A stretch of DNA of 59,706 nucleotides from Octopus bimaculoides (taxonomy: Eukaryota). This document shows positions 11,460 to 22,721 of the stretch, piece after piece. The stretch lies in NCBI RefSeq assembly GCF_001194135.2, contig NC_068996.1:29964161-30023866 (forward strand), in the 5' to 3' direction. Position numbers and translations under genes: made by a program. The notes beneath the pieces are model-generated. The model worked only from the letters and a program-made list of their open reading frames with translations. It was not told the origin of the DNA and searched no databases. Each line of letters starts with the position of its first letter. Position 1 is the first letter of the stretch.

Positions 11460-13452
11460 ACATTCAAAGCATGTGGGAACCTGTATCAATTTCGTCATAT
11501 ACTGTTTGGAGTCACAAATGGTATATGGTATAGCTTGTTTTCAACATATCATTGATAATCTTATCAAGCAAAACAAAACTAGAGGATACCTTCACCAACG
11601 TTGACATCACAATAAGCGAGCACAACAGAAGAGAACATGATGAGAATTGTGAAAGATTCCTACAAGTTGTGAAAACATACTTGCTTACCTTCAACGATAA
11701 GGAAACAGTCATTGCCACAAGGACTCTCATGCTCCTGAGTTACAAAGTGTCCAAAGGGATAATCAGACCAGATCCAGAATGGTTCTACTGCTTATGCGAG
11801 CTCCTGTCTCCTCAAGATGCCAAAGTACAAGAGATGATCATCAGGACGTTTGCATATTATTCTCACTGGATCTCTCATTTTCCTGAGAAAATTGCAGCCT
11901 TTATACATAAGAACTTTCCCCTCCCTGATATTGTCAAACAGTCATTCTGGAACTTCAAGTCAGAGCTTGAAGGCACTGCTTTGGTCACCATTGACTATCA
12001 GGTACCTTTGGTTGTGGAGGCAGATGTTTCTGACACTGCTATCACCGCAACCTTGAACCAGAATAGATGACCTGTATCCTTCTCCAGAATACTTACTCGC
12101 AGTGAAATGGAACTCATTCCTCAGTAGAAAAGGAAGCCCATGAAGCTCTTTGTAAAAGGAAGCATTACCTTATTAGAGTTCATTTTCAGTTAGTGACCAA
12201 CCAATAGTCCATGGCTTTCATGTTCAACAATGAACACAAAGGTAAAATCAAGAATGATAAGATATTATGATAAAGGATTGAGCTATCTTGTTTCAAATAC
12301 AATGTTGTTTATTGGCTGGGTAAGGAGAACAAAGCTACAGATACCTTTTCTTGGGGTTACTGTGCATCTTTAACCCCCATGGACCTTACACAGCTCCAAG
12401 ATTCCTTGTGTCATCCAGGTATGACGTGATTGCGCCATTTTGTGTAGTCAAAGAATCTACCATTTTCCACCCATGATGTAAAATCTGTGACATCTCAATG
12501 TCCCACATACGCCAAACTGAAGCCTTGATTTTCTGTGCCACTAGCTGTTGGAGAGGTTATGTATAGACTTCAAAGGTCCACTAATCACAACAATTATCAA
12601 TTCACCATTATTGATGAATTTTCTTACTTTCCGTTTGCATTTGCATATTCAAATATATCAGCTGTTACTGCCATTCATTGTCTCTGCCAACTATTTTTGA
12701 TTTTTGAACTCTCTTCTTTCACCTATTCTGATCATGGCGTTGCCTTCATGTCAGCTGAACTGAGACAATCCCTCCATGGTAAAGGCATAGTGACCAGCAG
12801 GATGACCACAAACAATCCAGTGAGGAATGGCCAGGTCAAAAGGCTCAATTCAACCTTATGGAAAACCATTACTTTGGCTCTGAAGTCTAAGGGATTAAGT
12901 GCGAGTCACTGGCAGTGCATACTCCTTGATGTTTTGCACTCTATTCACTCCCTCCTCTGTATGGCCATTAACACCACGCTTCATGAGAGGCTGTTCAGTT
13001 TCCACTGCCACTCAACTTCTGGGACCTCACTACAAGAATGGCTAGCAAAGGGTGGACCTGTGCTCCTGAAGAAACAACAGCAGTTCTCAAAATATGATCC
13101 AGCAGTAGAAAAGATTGAATTACTAAAATGCAATCCACTGTATGCCTATGTATGCTTATCAAGCTACAAGAAGGAAATGGTTTTGTTGAAACATCTGGCT
13201 CCAGAGCAAGATACGCAATTTTCCAAAACACCGACCGAGCTTGATACCCCATTGCACAACCAGAAACCTGTGAACAATCTTGAAGTGGAAACACTGGCAG
13301 TTGAAACCAGAACCAGTGGTAATGATCTTGAAGAAGAAACTAACAGCTCAGAACTTGATAATCCTGAGCAATCAAAAGCAGATCAACTCAACAGCATCTA
13401 CACTCATACAACTTGTGAAGTTGAAAGACATAAATTATACAGAATTTTGTAA
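11460..13452 (+). mobile_element. Ty3/Gypsy pol remnant (RT-RNase H-integrase)
   Basis: TFKACGNLYQFRHILFGVTNG at ~11460; ORF 11552-12070 (VVEADVSDTAITATLNQ, RNase H); ORF 12535-13452 integrase (IIDEFS...YSDHG...NGQVKRLN, catalytic E replaced by K). Confidence 0.9.
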
Positions 13453-13529
13453 TGCCCTATGTTATATTTTGATGCCTAAGAACTTTATGAACTCACCTGG
13501 TAGTACTCAGATTCTTCAGCGGGAGAGAA

Positions 13530-13735
13530 TGTAATAATTACTGATATTATTACTATAACTATACATGTTATATTCACTATTGTTAATATAACTACAGCCA
13601 GGTGAAAACAAGGCTTAGAAATGGTACTACTGACAGATACTGTACTCTCATCCTTAGAAGAGTAAAGCCTATTTACGGCCAATCTTTTCAGCCTTCTGTA
13701 TTAACAAAATTTAGAATTGCTACACAACTACAACA
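13530..13735 (+). repeat. Putative 3' LTR of the Gypsy element
   Basis: Polypurine tract agcgggagagaa (13518-13529) directly followed by TGTAAT; ends ...CAACA at ~13735. Confidence 0.6.
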
Positions 13736-14029
13736 TTATCATTAGCAACGCTGCTGCTGCTATTCTTGTTAGAGTTGCTGTCATTGCCTTTAATATTGCC
13801 ATTCCTGCTACTGTAGTGGTAGTTGGGAAAGCTGCGAGTGCTATTTGGGTCAGATACCACTTCAGCCTCAAAAAAGACTCCCTTGGTTTCACATTGGTTT
13901 CCCACAGGACATCTGCAGTAGTCCCTGTATGAGCATCCTGCCTCTGCTCATGGTCTAGGTGTGTTAATTAAAACACTTAATATTGAGGGCACAGCTAAAA
14001 GAGACTCTTAAGTTGTTGTCATCATTATC

Positions 14030-14560
14030 ATTATTTAGAATCTACTTTCCATGCTGGTATGGGTTAGATGGTTTGACTGACACTGGTAAGCCATAGGGCT
14101 ACACAAGGTTCTAATCTGATTTTGCATGGTTTCTACAGCTGGATGCCCTTCTTAACGTCAACCACCTCAAGAATGTAGTGGGTACTTCTTACATGCCAGT
14201 TACGTGGCACCAGCATTGGCCATTACTAAAATGGCTTGAAGGGTCTTCTCAAGCACAGCATATCACTAAAGTCTTGGTCACTTATCTTTACCTCCAGGAG
14301 GCCCAACATTCAACATTCAAAGATCATGTTTCACCACCTTGTCCCATGACTTCTTGGGTCTACTCTTTCACATGTTCCTTCCACAGTTAGATATAGGCAC
14401 TTCTTTACACAGCTGTGCTTGTCTCTTGGCATCATATGACCATACCAATACAGTTATCTCTTTTGCACACTGCATCCGATGCCTATTATGCTCAACTTTT
14501 CTCTCAAGACAGTGTTCATGTGTGTGACTTTATTGGCTTTTCTCATCCTGAATTTACTTA
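14030..14560 (-). repeat. RTE 3'-end derived repeats
   Basis: Reverse match to the RTE tail (catgctggtatgggttagatgg...ggatgcccttctt) and to the RT C-terminal region. Confidence 0.7.
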
Positions 14561-15139
14561 AGAAATTCCCTTCAACTAGCTTTCACCTCTATAGAGATGT
14601 TGTTTTGGCAAGAGAAGAATGACAGATAGTTAAAATGGGAGTAGAAGGGAATAGTAAAGGATGAACAAGAGTAGAAACATGACTGATAGTAAATGTAAGT
14701 TTTTTGGTGGGTGACAAGAAATAGATGTGGCTTTGGAAGGAGGAGGTGATATGGCAGAACAAAATGGGAAGAAAGTAGTGATAAAATATAAGGAGATGAC
14801 ATGTAAGGGAGAGAGAGGTCAGATATGAGGTATGGCAACTATAAGATATAAAAGGAAAGATAATTAGTAGCACAGAAAGGGTGATTGGTGGAAAATAAAA
14901 TGGGAAGAGATGATTTTGAGAATGAGTTATGGATGCTAAAATGAAGTGGGATGACTGGTAGCACAAAAAGAAATGATATATACATAGTGCTGCTCTCATA
15001 TGAGTACAGCAGCTGAATAGTGGTATACTGAAGAGAGCGATGGAGAGATGGAAGATGAGAAGATAAAAGGGCATGAGGATAGTGTGTACAGACATAGCCA
15101 TAATTATAATGCCCCTTTGACTTCAATTTTACTGTGAAC

Positions 15140-15850
15140 AGCCAAACTACATAGTAGTGAGACATGGGCTGTGACTACTGAGGATATGCGATGGCTCAAA
15201 AGAAATGAAGCCAGAATGCTTCGCTGGATGGGTAATGTCAGTGTGCATATATAATGGAGTATAAGTGATTTAAGAAAAAACTGGGTATATCAGGCATCAA
15301 ATGTAGTGTGCAAGAGAGAAGAGTGCACTGGTACGGCCATGTAATACATATGAATGAAGACAATTGCATCAAGAGGTACTGATCTCTAATCGCAGAGGGA
15401 ACAATTGGAAGGGGTAGATCCAGGAAGATGTGGGACAAAGTGATGGGAAAGGATCTGTAGACACTAGGAATCACAGAGATGATGACAGAGGACTGAAACT
15501 CCTGGCAGTTTGTTGTACTTGAGAAGACATCAAGATAAGTGAAAGCATGGTTGTTCATGCATACAGGCTTATCCCTTGCATTCTTCTCCAGTTGATCACT
15601 CCTAATCTTGAGGGTTCATGGGTGCTGGTACGACATAAAAAGCACCCATACTAGCGCCACATAAACACTCCTGTGCTGGTGCTGCATAGAAGCACCTAGT
15701 ACACTCTGTAAAGTGATTAGCATTAGAAAGGGCATCCAGCCATAGAAACAATGCCAAAACAGACATGGAGCCTGGTAACCCTTCAGCTCCTGTCAAACTG
15801 TCCAATCCATGCCAGCATGGAAAATGAATGGTAAATGATGACGATGATGA
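15140..15850 (+). mobile_element. RTE LINE 3' fragment with tail
   Basis: Homologous to 55700-56640 (gaaatgaagccag.atgct.cg.tggatg...gaagggtagatccaggaag); ends gatgacgatgatgatg. Confidence 0.8.
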
Positions 15851-15984
15851 TGGGTCTTCTCAAGCACAGTGAATCACTAATCATCTTAATACTTTGTCAT
15901 CTCCTCCACAAAGCTTCACTTTGTCTTCCCAGGTTTCGTTCCACAAGTTCCATACAATTTAGTGAAGAACATTTCTTTATATAA

Positions 15985-16019
<35 letters not shown>

Positions 16020-16539
16020 TGTGTATATATANNNNNNNNNNNNNNNNNNNNNNNNNNNNNNNNNNNNNNNNNNNNNNNNNNNNNNNNNNNNNNNNNNNNN
16101 NNNNNNNNNNNNNNNNNNNNNNNNNNNNNNNNNNNNNNNNNNNNNNNNNNNNNNNNNNNNNNNNNNNNNNNNNNNNNNNNNNNNNNNNNNNNNNNNNNNN
16201 NNNNNNNNNNNNNNNNNNNNNNNNNNNNNNNNNNNNNNNNNNNNNNNNNNNNNNNNNNNNNNNNNNNNNNNNNNNNNNNNNNNNNNNNNNNNNNNNNNNN
16301 NNNNNNNNNNNNNNNNNNNNNNNNNNNNNNNNNNNNNNNNNNNNNNNNNNNNNNNNNNNNNNNNNNNNNNNNNNNNNNNNNNNNNNNNNNNNNNNNNNNN
16401 NNNNNNNNNNNNNNNNNNNNNNNNNNNNNNNNNNNNNNNNNNNNNNNNNNNNNNNNNNNNNNNNNNNNNNNNNNNNNNNNNNNNNNNNNNNNNNNNNNNN
16501 NNNNNNNNNNNNNNNNNNNNNNNNNNNNNNNNGAGATTA

Positions 16540-16830
16540 CTGTATAACTTTGTCTATGTTCATAATTTTTGGTTTACAATATTGAAAAATATGCCAACAA
16601 AGAAAAGATGTAATCTCTACAGAAACTGGTATAACTGGTACGCAAGGAATGAAGATGGTGTCACCTTTACCACAACCAGTGAGAATATTTGCTGCAATGC
16701 AGTTCCTCATAGGTTTGTGCACAATTAGTGTTGTACCATTGCATAATTTTTGTTGAGACAAATTAGGCAGAAGCATAATAGCTTCCCTTGAACCATTTAC
16801 TTTCATTTTGGGAGATAAACAAACTAAAAA
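16540..16830 (-). mobile_element. Helitron PIF1-helicase C-terminal fragment
   Basis: IMLLPNLSQQKLCNGTTLIV...ILTGCGKGDTIFIPCVPVIP matches the Helitron helicase motif IMLLRNL...LCNGTRL...ILTG...G..VFIPRIP. Confidence 0.85.
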
Positions 16831-16853
16831 TAACACAACCACAAAGTCTCTCT

Positions 16854-16885
<32 letters not shown>

Positions 16886-17539
16886 AAAAAGCATAATAGT
16901 TTCCCTTGAACCATTTACTGTCATTTTGGAGGACAAACAAACGGACAGAATCTCTCTTTTATAAAGATATAGATATATATGCATCACAGGACAATACTAG
17001 CACAGTCTTCTCTCTTACACTACATCTGATTCCTCTTATACATAATTTTTCTCTCAATACATTTGTACTTTGTCACCTAGGCATTCCTACACTGCGTCTT
17101 CAACAGAACACACTAGCTTCATTTCTTTCTAGTCTTTGAATATCCTCTACATTCACAGTCCGTTTCATTACCATGTAGTATTGCTGTCTATACACAAACA
17201 TCATATAATCTGTCTTTAATGCTGAGACCTCTTGTTAGCAACAGAACTTATAGCTCTGTAAACTGTCTCTTACTCTAGTAATTATATTTCTTGAGGATCT
17301 TCCTCAACATGTAGGAAATAAAAACTATCTACAACTTCTAGGGAGCCTCCTAAATATTTAAGAATATCTATTTTTCTTGTGTTCTTAATGTTCATTGTCC
17401 CTGTGCATCGGCCAGATACAAACTCTACTGTTACTGATAACATTCCTGTGATTCCACTGCACTTTTTGCATGTCCTTAGTTTGCACCAAGTATACAAGGC
17501 ATCAAATGTAATGTGCAAGATAGAAGACTGCACTGGCCA

Positions 17540-18402
17540 TTTTTCTTTGATTGCTACTTCCGGTTTCATTAGTTGTTGACAGTAAACATCTGAATTGATT
17601 GTTTGGTTCCTAGGAAGCAGCTCAAAATGCACAAACCCTTTGTAATCCCACCAAATTTACAGCACAACCATTTTTGATGTAATTCAGCTTTCGATGTGGT
17701 TTGTGCTGGTTCATTAGGCTTGGACCATGATTGTTTTCAATTGATGTTATTGTAGGCAATCCATTTTTCATCACCAGTGATGAGTTGTTTCAGAAAAACT
17801 TCAATTTCATTGTGTTTGAGATGCATATTGCAAATATTGATTTGTTGTGTTAAGCAAATCTCTTTCAATTTATGTGGAACCCAGATATTGAGTTTCTTAA
17901 CAAGTCCAACAAATTTTAAGTGATTCTCAATTGTTGCATGTGATACATTTAACCTTTCTTCAATCTCTCACACAATTAGATGACAATCAGATTCAACTAT
18001 GGCTTTGATTCAGTCATCGTCAGTAGGTCAACCAGAATGTTGGTCATCTCTGAGTGAAAAATCTCCAGAATGGAATTTTTAAAATCATTCTGACATGTGT
18101 GTTCTGCTAAGTAATGAACACATAAACTTCACATATCTTTTTGTGAGCCCCAGCAGTTTTCTTTCCTTTACAGAAATAAAAAAAGCAAAACATGCTAAAA
18201 ATGTTCGTTTTTGCACTCCATGTTAAAACTGACACTGAACAGCTGTAAACAAAATTACGTGCAATTTGCTTCTAAAGTAAGCTAAAAGTAACAGCTATCA
18301 AATGTCAAAAGGAAAAAATGGTAACACTGACAAAAGTCATTCAAAAAAATCGCAATTCTATCTATTTATGAAAAACGAAATTACCTCCTTGCCAATCCAA
18401 TA
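17540..18402 (-). mobile_element. Decayed mariner (DD34D) transposon
   Basis: FLKQLITGDEKWIAYNN near 17780; HFELLPRNQTINSDVYCQQL (ORF 17282-17632); mariner-type TIR tattggattggcaaggaggtaatttcg at ~18370-18402. Confidence 0.85.
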
Positions 18403-18439
18403 TATACACACACGACAGAAGTAAATAGACACCCTTATA

Positions 18440-19470
18440 ACCATTAAAATTTATTTAAATCTCAAATTATACATTCAAATTATTTATTAATTATTATAAT
18501 GTGAATATTTAATATTTAGTAGACATGCCCTTTGCATTTTTAAATGCAAGGATCCTATTAGGCATGTTATTGATCAAATGGTGAATATTCTCCTGAGGAG
18601 TTTCTTGTCAAGTTTCATGCAGTAATCTCAAAAGATCTGGCTTTGAAGATGCTTTCTTGTTCTTTTTATGAAGTGTCCTGTCCATTATGTCCCAGAGGTG
18701 TTCAATGAGGTTCATATCTGGTGACTGGCTTGGTCATGGAAGCTTTTTAATGCCATTCCTATCCAACAAACCCCATCTTCCATAAATAAAGAGTCTTCTT
18801 TAATCATTTCACCACTTGAGAAGATTGGAAGAAGTCCTTTCTGCAATATGGACATATATTTATGAGTTTATGTTTCCCTCACATTCCACCAGCTCTGATT
18901 GACCATTGCTCCAAATTGCTCCTCAAACCATCACAGAATAGCTGCAATCTCTTCGCATCAAATTCTTAATCACAGAGTCTCCAGACCCACATTCGACCAC
19001 TGTCAGAAAATTCAGCAAATCTGGACTCATTAGAGAATATGATAGTGTCCCAAAATGCTAGTAGCTTCTCCACCATCTCACTGGCTCAATATTTTCTCTG
19101 CTTGATATTGGCTGGTCAAAGAAGTTTGTGAAGATACCTGACAGCTGTTCTGGGACTGATATCAACTTGTTCTGCTATGTCAGAGGCCTTGCAATGAAGA
19201 TTATTCTCCATACTTCTCTTAACGAAAGAGGATCTTGTAGAGGGCCCTGGTCAACCTGGGCGAGGTGATGCAGACTCCTTCTCTTCTTTGGTGAAGTGCA
19301 CAATCATTCTATTAATTGTAGAAAGCAGGATCCCAAGGTTTTCTGCAATTTTACACTGACTAAGTCCACCTTCAGAATGACCCACAATACAGCCTCCTTG
19401 AAATTCAGACAGTTCCAAGGATTCTTTTGTATGTGGCATGATTAAACAGTCACATATAGAACCTGAAACA
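18440..19470 (-). mobile_element. Decayed Tc1 (DD34E) transposase
   Basis: N-terminal [23 protein letters not shown]...[11 protein letters not shown]; WPSQSPDMNLIEHLWD motif at ~18690-18735. Confidence 0.85.
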
Positions 19471-20097
19471 TAAAAATGTCAATTAATAAAAAATACAAGT
19501 TAGAATAAACATAAAATGATGTTTTATTTACTTCTGTCATGTCTGTGTATATATCACAAATAATAGAGATGGAAAATGGAACATATGAGAAACCTTACTG
19601 CTCATAACAATCGTTTCAACCCATCCTGCATTGATCCCTCATGGATGGGATACTGGTTGTGGTGCATCCCTCAGTGTTGATGCGTCTTGTCAGGTGATTT
19701 TACAAGGGGTATTTCATTAAATAAACCCTGTTTCACTTATTTTTAATACAGCATGTTAGTGACTGTAGGTTTATGCTGTTGGGCAGGAATGGTAATGGAC
19801 AGATTCCGTTGCAATGTTATAGATGGTTGTCTACATGTATTTAGTAAATAAGAAAAACAAAAATTTAAATATGCAATAAAGTAAAAAATCATATGCATAA
19901 GTACACATATAGATACTTCTGTAGCCCCACTTGTGGTCCTGTGTACAAACACACTCTCACATGCGCAGTTAAGTAGATGTCATTAAACTTGATGAAAAAC
20001 ATCCAGCCAATCTTGTCTCCTGCTGCAAAGCCAGGCACAGCAGGTTCTGCATAACCGGGTTGGTTGTCCTTGTTGGTCATATCTTTTTGTGGCTATG

Positions 20098-20134
20098 ATA
20101 CACACACACACACACATATATATCTCAACATATG

Positions 20135-20186
<52 letters not shown>

Positions 20187-20350
20187 CACACACACACACA
20201 CACATTCACCCACTCCCACATATATATGTATATGTATACTTTGGCCCTTACACTCATGCCTCTATGTACATTTATGTATGTAGATAGGCACATACACGTA
20301 AAAATACCTAAATACATATATTTACAGATGTATATATATATATATATATG
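20098..20350. repeat. Compound (CA)n/(TA)n microsatellite
   Basis: Direct reading; source of the YIYIYI/THTHT pseudo-ORFs. Confidence 0.95.
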
Positions 20351-21428
20351 GTGGTTGTCTACTCCTTAAACAGAGTTTGACCACCTCCTGCACCTACACC
20401 TTAGCCCTTTCATAGCGTCTGATGTGGCTTTTTAAACCAGACAGTGTTTTGAAAAAACACCCACACAGATTGCACCTCTGATTTTTACTACCAATACCTG
20501 CAAGTAAGTTCTGCTCATTGTGGATCCTAACATGTCTTTTAAGACCCCCATTGGATTTGCAAACCCTCTAGCACACACCACATTCAAACATGTGCACAGA
20601 CATATAATCAGAATAGCTGGATGAGGTTTGTTTTCCNNNNNNNNNNNNNNNNNNNNNNNNNNNNNNNNNNNNNNNNNNNNNNNNNNNNNNNNNNNNNNNN
20701 NNNNNNNNNNNNNNNNNNNNNNNNNNNNNNNNNNNNNNNNNNNNNNNNNNNNNNNNNNNNNNNNNNNNNNNNNNNNNNNNNNNNNNNNNNNNNNNNNNNN
20801 NNNNNNNNNNNNNNNNNNNNNNNNNNNNNNNNNNNNNNNNNNNNNNNNNNNNNNNNNNNNNNNNNNNNNNNNNNNNNNNNNNNNNNNNNNNNNNNNNNNN
20901 NNNNNNNNNNNNNNNNNNNNNNNNNNNNNNNNNNNNNNNNNNNNNNNNNNNNNNNNNNNNNNNNNNNNNNNNNNNNNNNNNNNNNNNNNNNNNNNNNNNN
21001 NNNNNNNNNNNNNNNNNNNNNNNNNNNNNNNNNNNNNNNNNNNNNNNNNNNNNNNNNNNNNNNNNNNNNNNNNNNNNNNNNNNNNNNNNNNNNNNNNNNN
21101 NNNNNNNNNNNNNNNNNNNNNNNNNNNNNNNNNNNNNNNNNNNNNNNNNNNNNNNNNNNNNNNNNNNNNNNNNNNNNNNNNNNNNNNNNNNNNNNNNNNN
21201 NNNNNNNNNNNNNNNNNNNNNNNNNNNNNNNNNNNNNNNNNNNNNNNNNNNNNNNNNNNNNNNNNNNNNNNNNNNNNNNNNNNNNNNNNNNNNNNNNNNN
21301 NNNNNNNNNNNNNNNNNNNNNNNNNNNNNNNNNNNNNNNNNNNNNNNNNNNNNNNNNNNNNNNNNNNNNNNNNNNNNNNNNNNNNNNNNNNNNNNNNNNN
21401 NNNNNNNNNNNNNNNNNNNNNNNNNNNN

Positions 21429-21471
<43 letters not shown>

Positions 21472-22683
21472 GTATATACTACACACATACATGTACACAT
21501 TTATGTCTATGTACTCATCTATATCTCTATCCAAGTTTAGTTGTGACATAGACATGTTCCAATATTGTATTCCACAGGATGTGTCAAGTAAAACTTGACA
21601 ATTTAATAAAACAATGAAACAACATGGTATAATATAACATTAATACAACAATAATTTCATGTGCGTAGCGTAAACTCTAATGAACTGGTCCATTCATGCA
21701 TATAGTTTGGATCAGCAGTCTATTATTATATGTTCATGAATAGACAGTTCATAATGGTATTAACAGTGTTGCGAGTTTATAGGTGTTGATTGAATAAACA
21801 CTCCACAATGTAACATATTGTCCATGGAAAGCCCCATAACCAGAATTGTGATATCCTGTGTTGCTGAGCGGAGGATGGTGATGTATTCATAACTCAGAAA
21901 GCAGTCCATTAGGACAGGCACAAATGTATGCAGGACAGTGAACAAATAGGTACCATACAGTATAGCAGACCTATGAAGTATCTAAGTGATGTTTTTTCAC
22001 AATGTGTATCTCAGGATGTTTAGAAGTTGGGGGAAGTTTTGGTTAGTTATCTAAAAACCTAGGTAATCTGTAAATGCTAATTAAGTCAGTGATTATACCA
22101 AACTGTGCCTATTATATTGGGCAAAAGTGCATTTCTTAACATGCAAGCATTCTACTATTCTTTCTGAAAATTTATTGATGATCAACAAAATAAATAGCAA
22201 TTCCTTGGAGCATAATTTGCACCTCCTGGAGAGGGCATCATATGGTTGTGCATGCCTTATTATGGACCAAGTCAGATCATATTTTATCTTAGAAATAATA
22301 CATTTCTAAATCTCTCAGAGAGATTTATGTAGTAGTAGCACAATAAAATGATAGTATGTTGTCAACTTAATGTGACAGTCCCATGAAAGGGAAGCATACT
22401 ACTGTTATTTAGCCCTAGGAAACACCATTTCCTGTTGGACTTGACACATTTCCTGTGTCCTTATGCTTTCAAAGTGGAGACAAGCACCTCCACCCAGCAA
22501 AACCAGCATCCAGAGACTAGTTTCAGAGTCACTGCACATCATCAGTCTGGGGTAGCATGGCTTGCTAACTGAATTCTTTATTACAATAATATATATCAGA
22601 TACAGAAAGGACATTAATAGGACAATACAAACAAAAAAATGTTACTATGAGTTCAAATGAACCTTACATTTAAAAATTTGATG

Positions 22684-22719
<36 letters not shown>

Positions 22720-22721
<2 letters not shown>

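Noticed and set aside
13720-13932. Overlapping ORFs downstream of the Gypsy LTR
   Set aside because: Driven by GCT/GTT trinucleotide low complexity; no homology or splice support.
19889-20090. Cys-containing frame (RLCRTCCAWLC...FH) like a piggyBac C-terminal domain
   Set aside because: Too short and isolated; no TTAA/TIR or catalytic region nearby.
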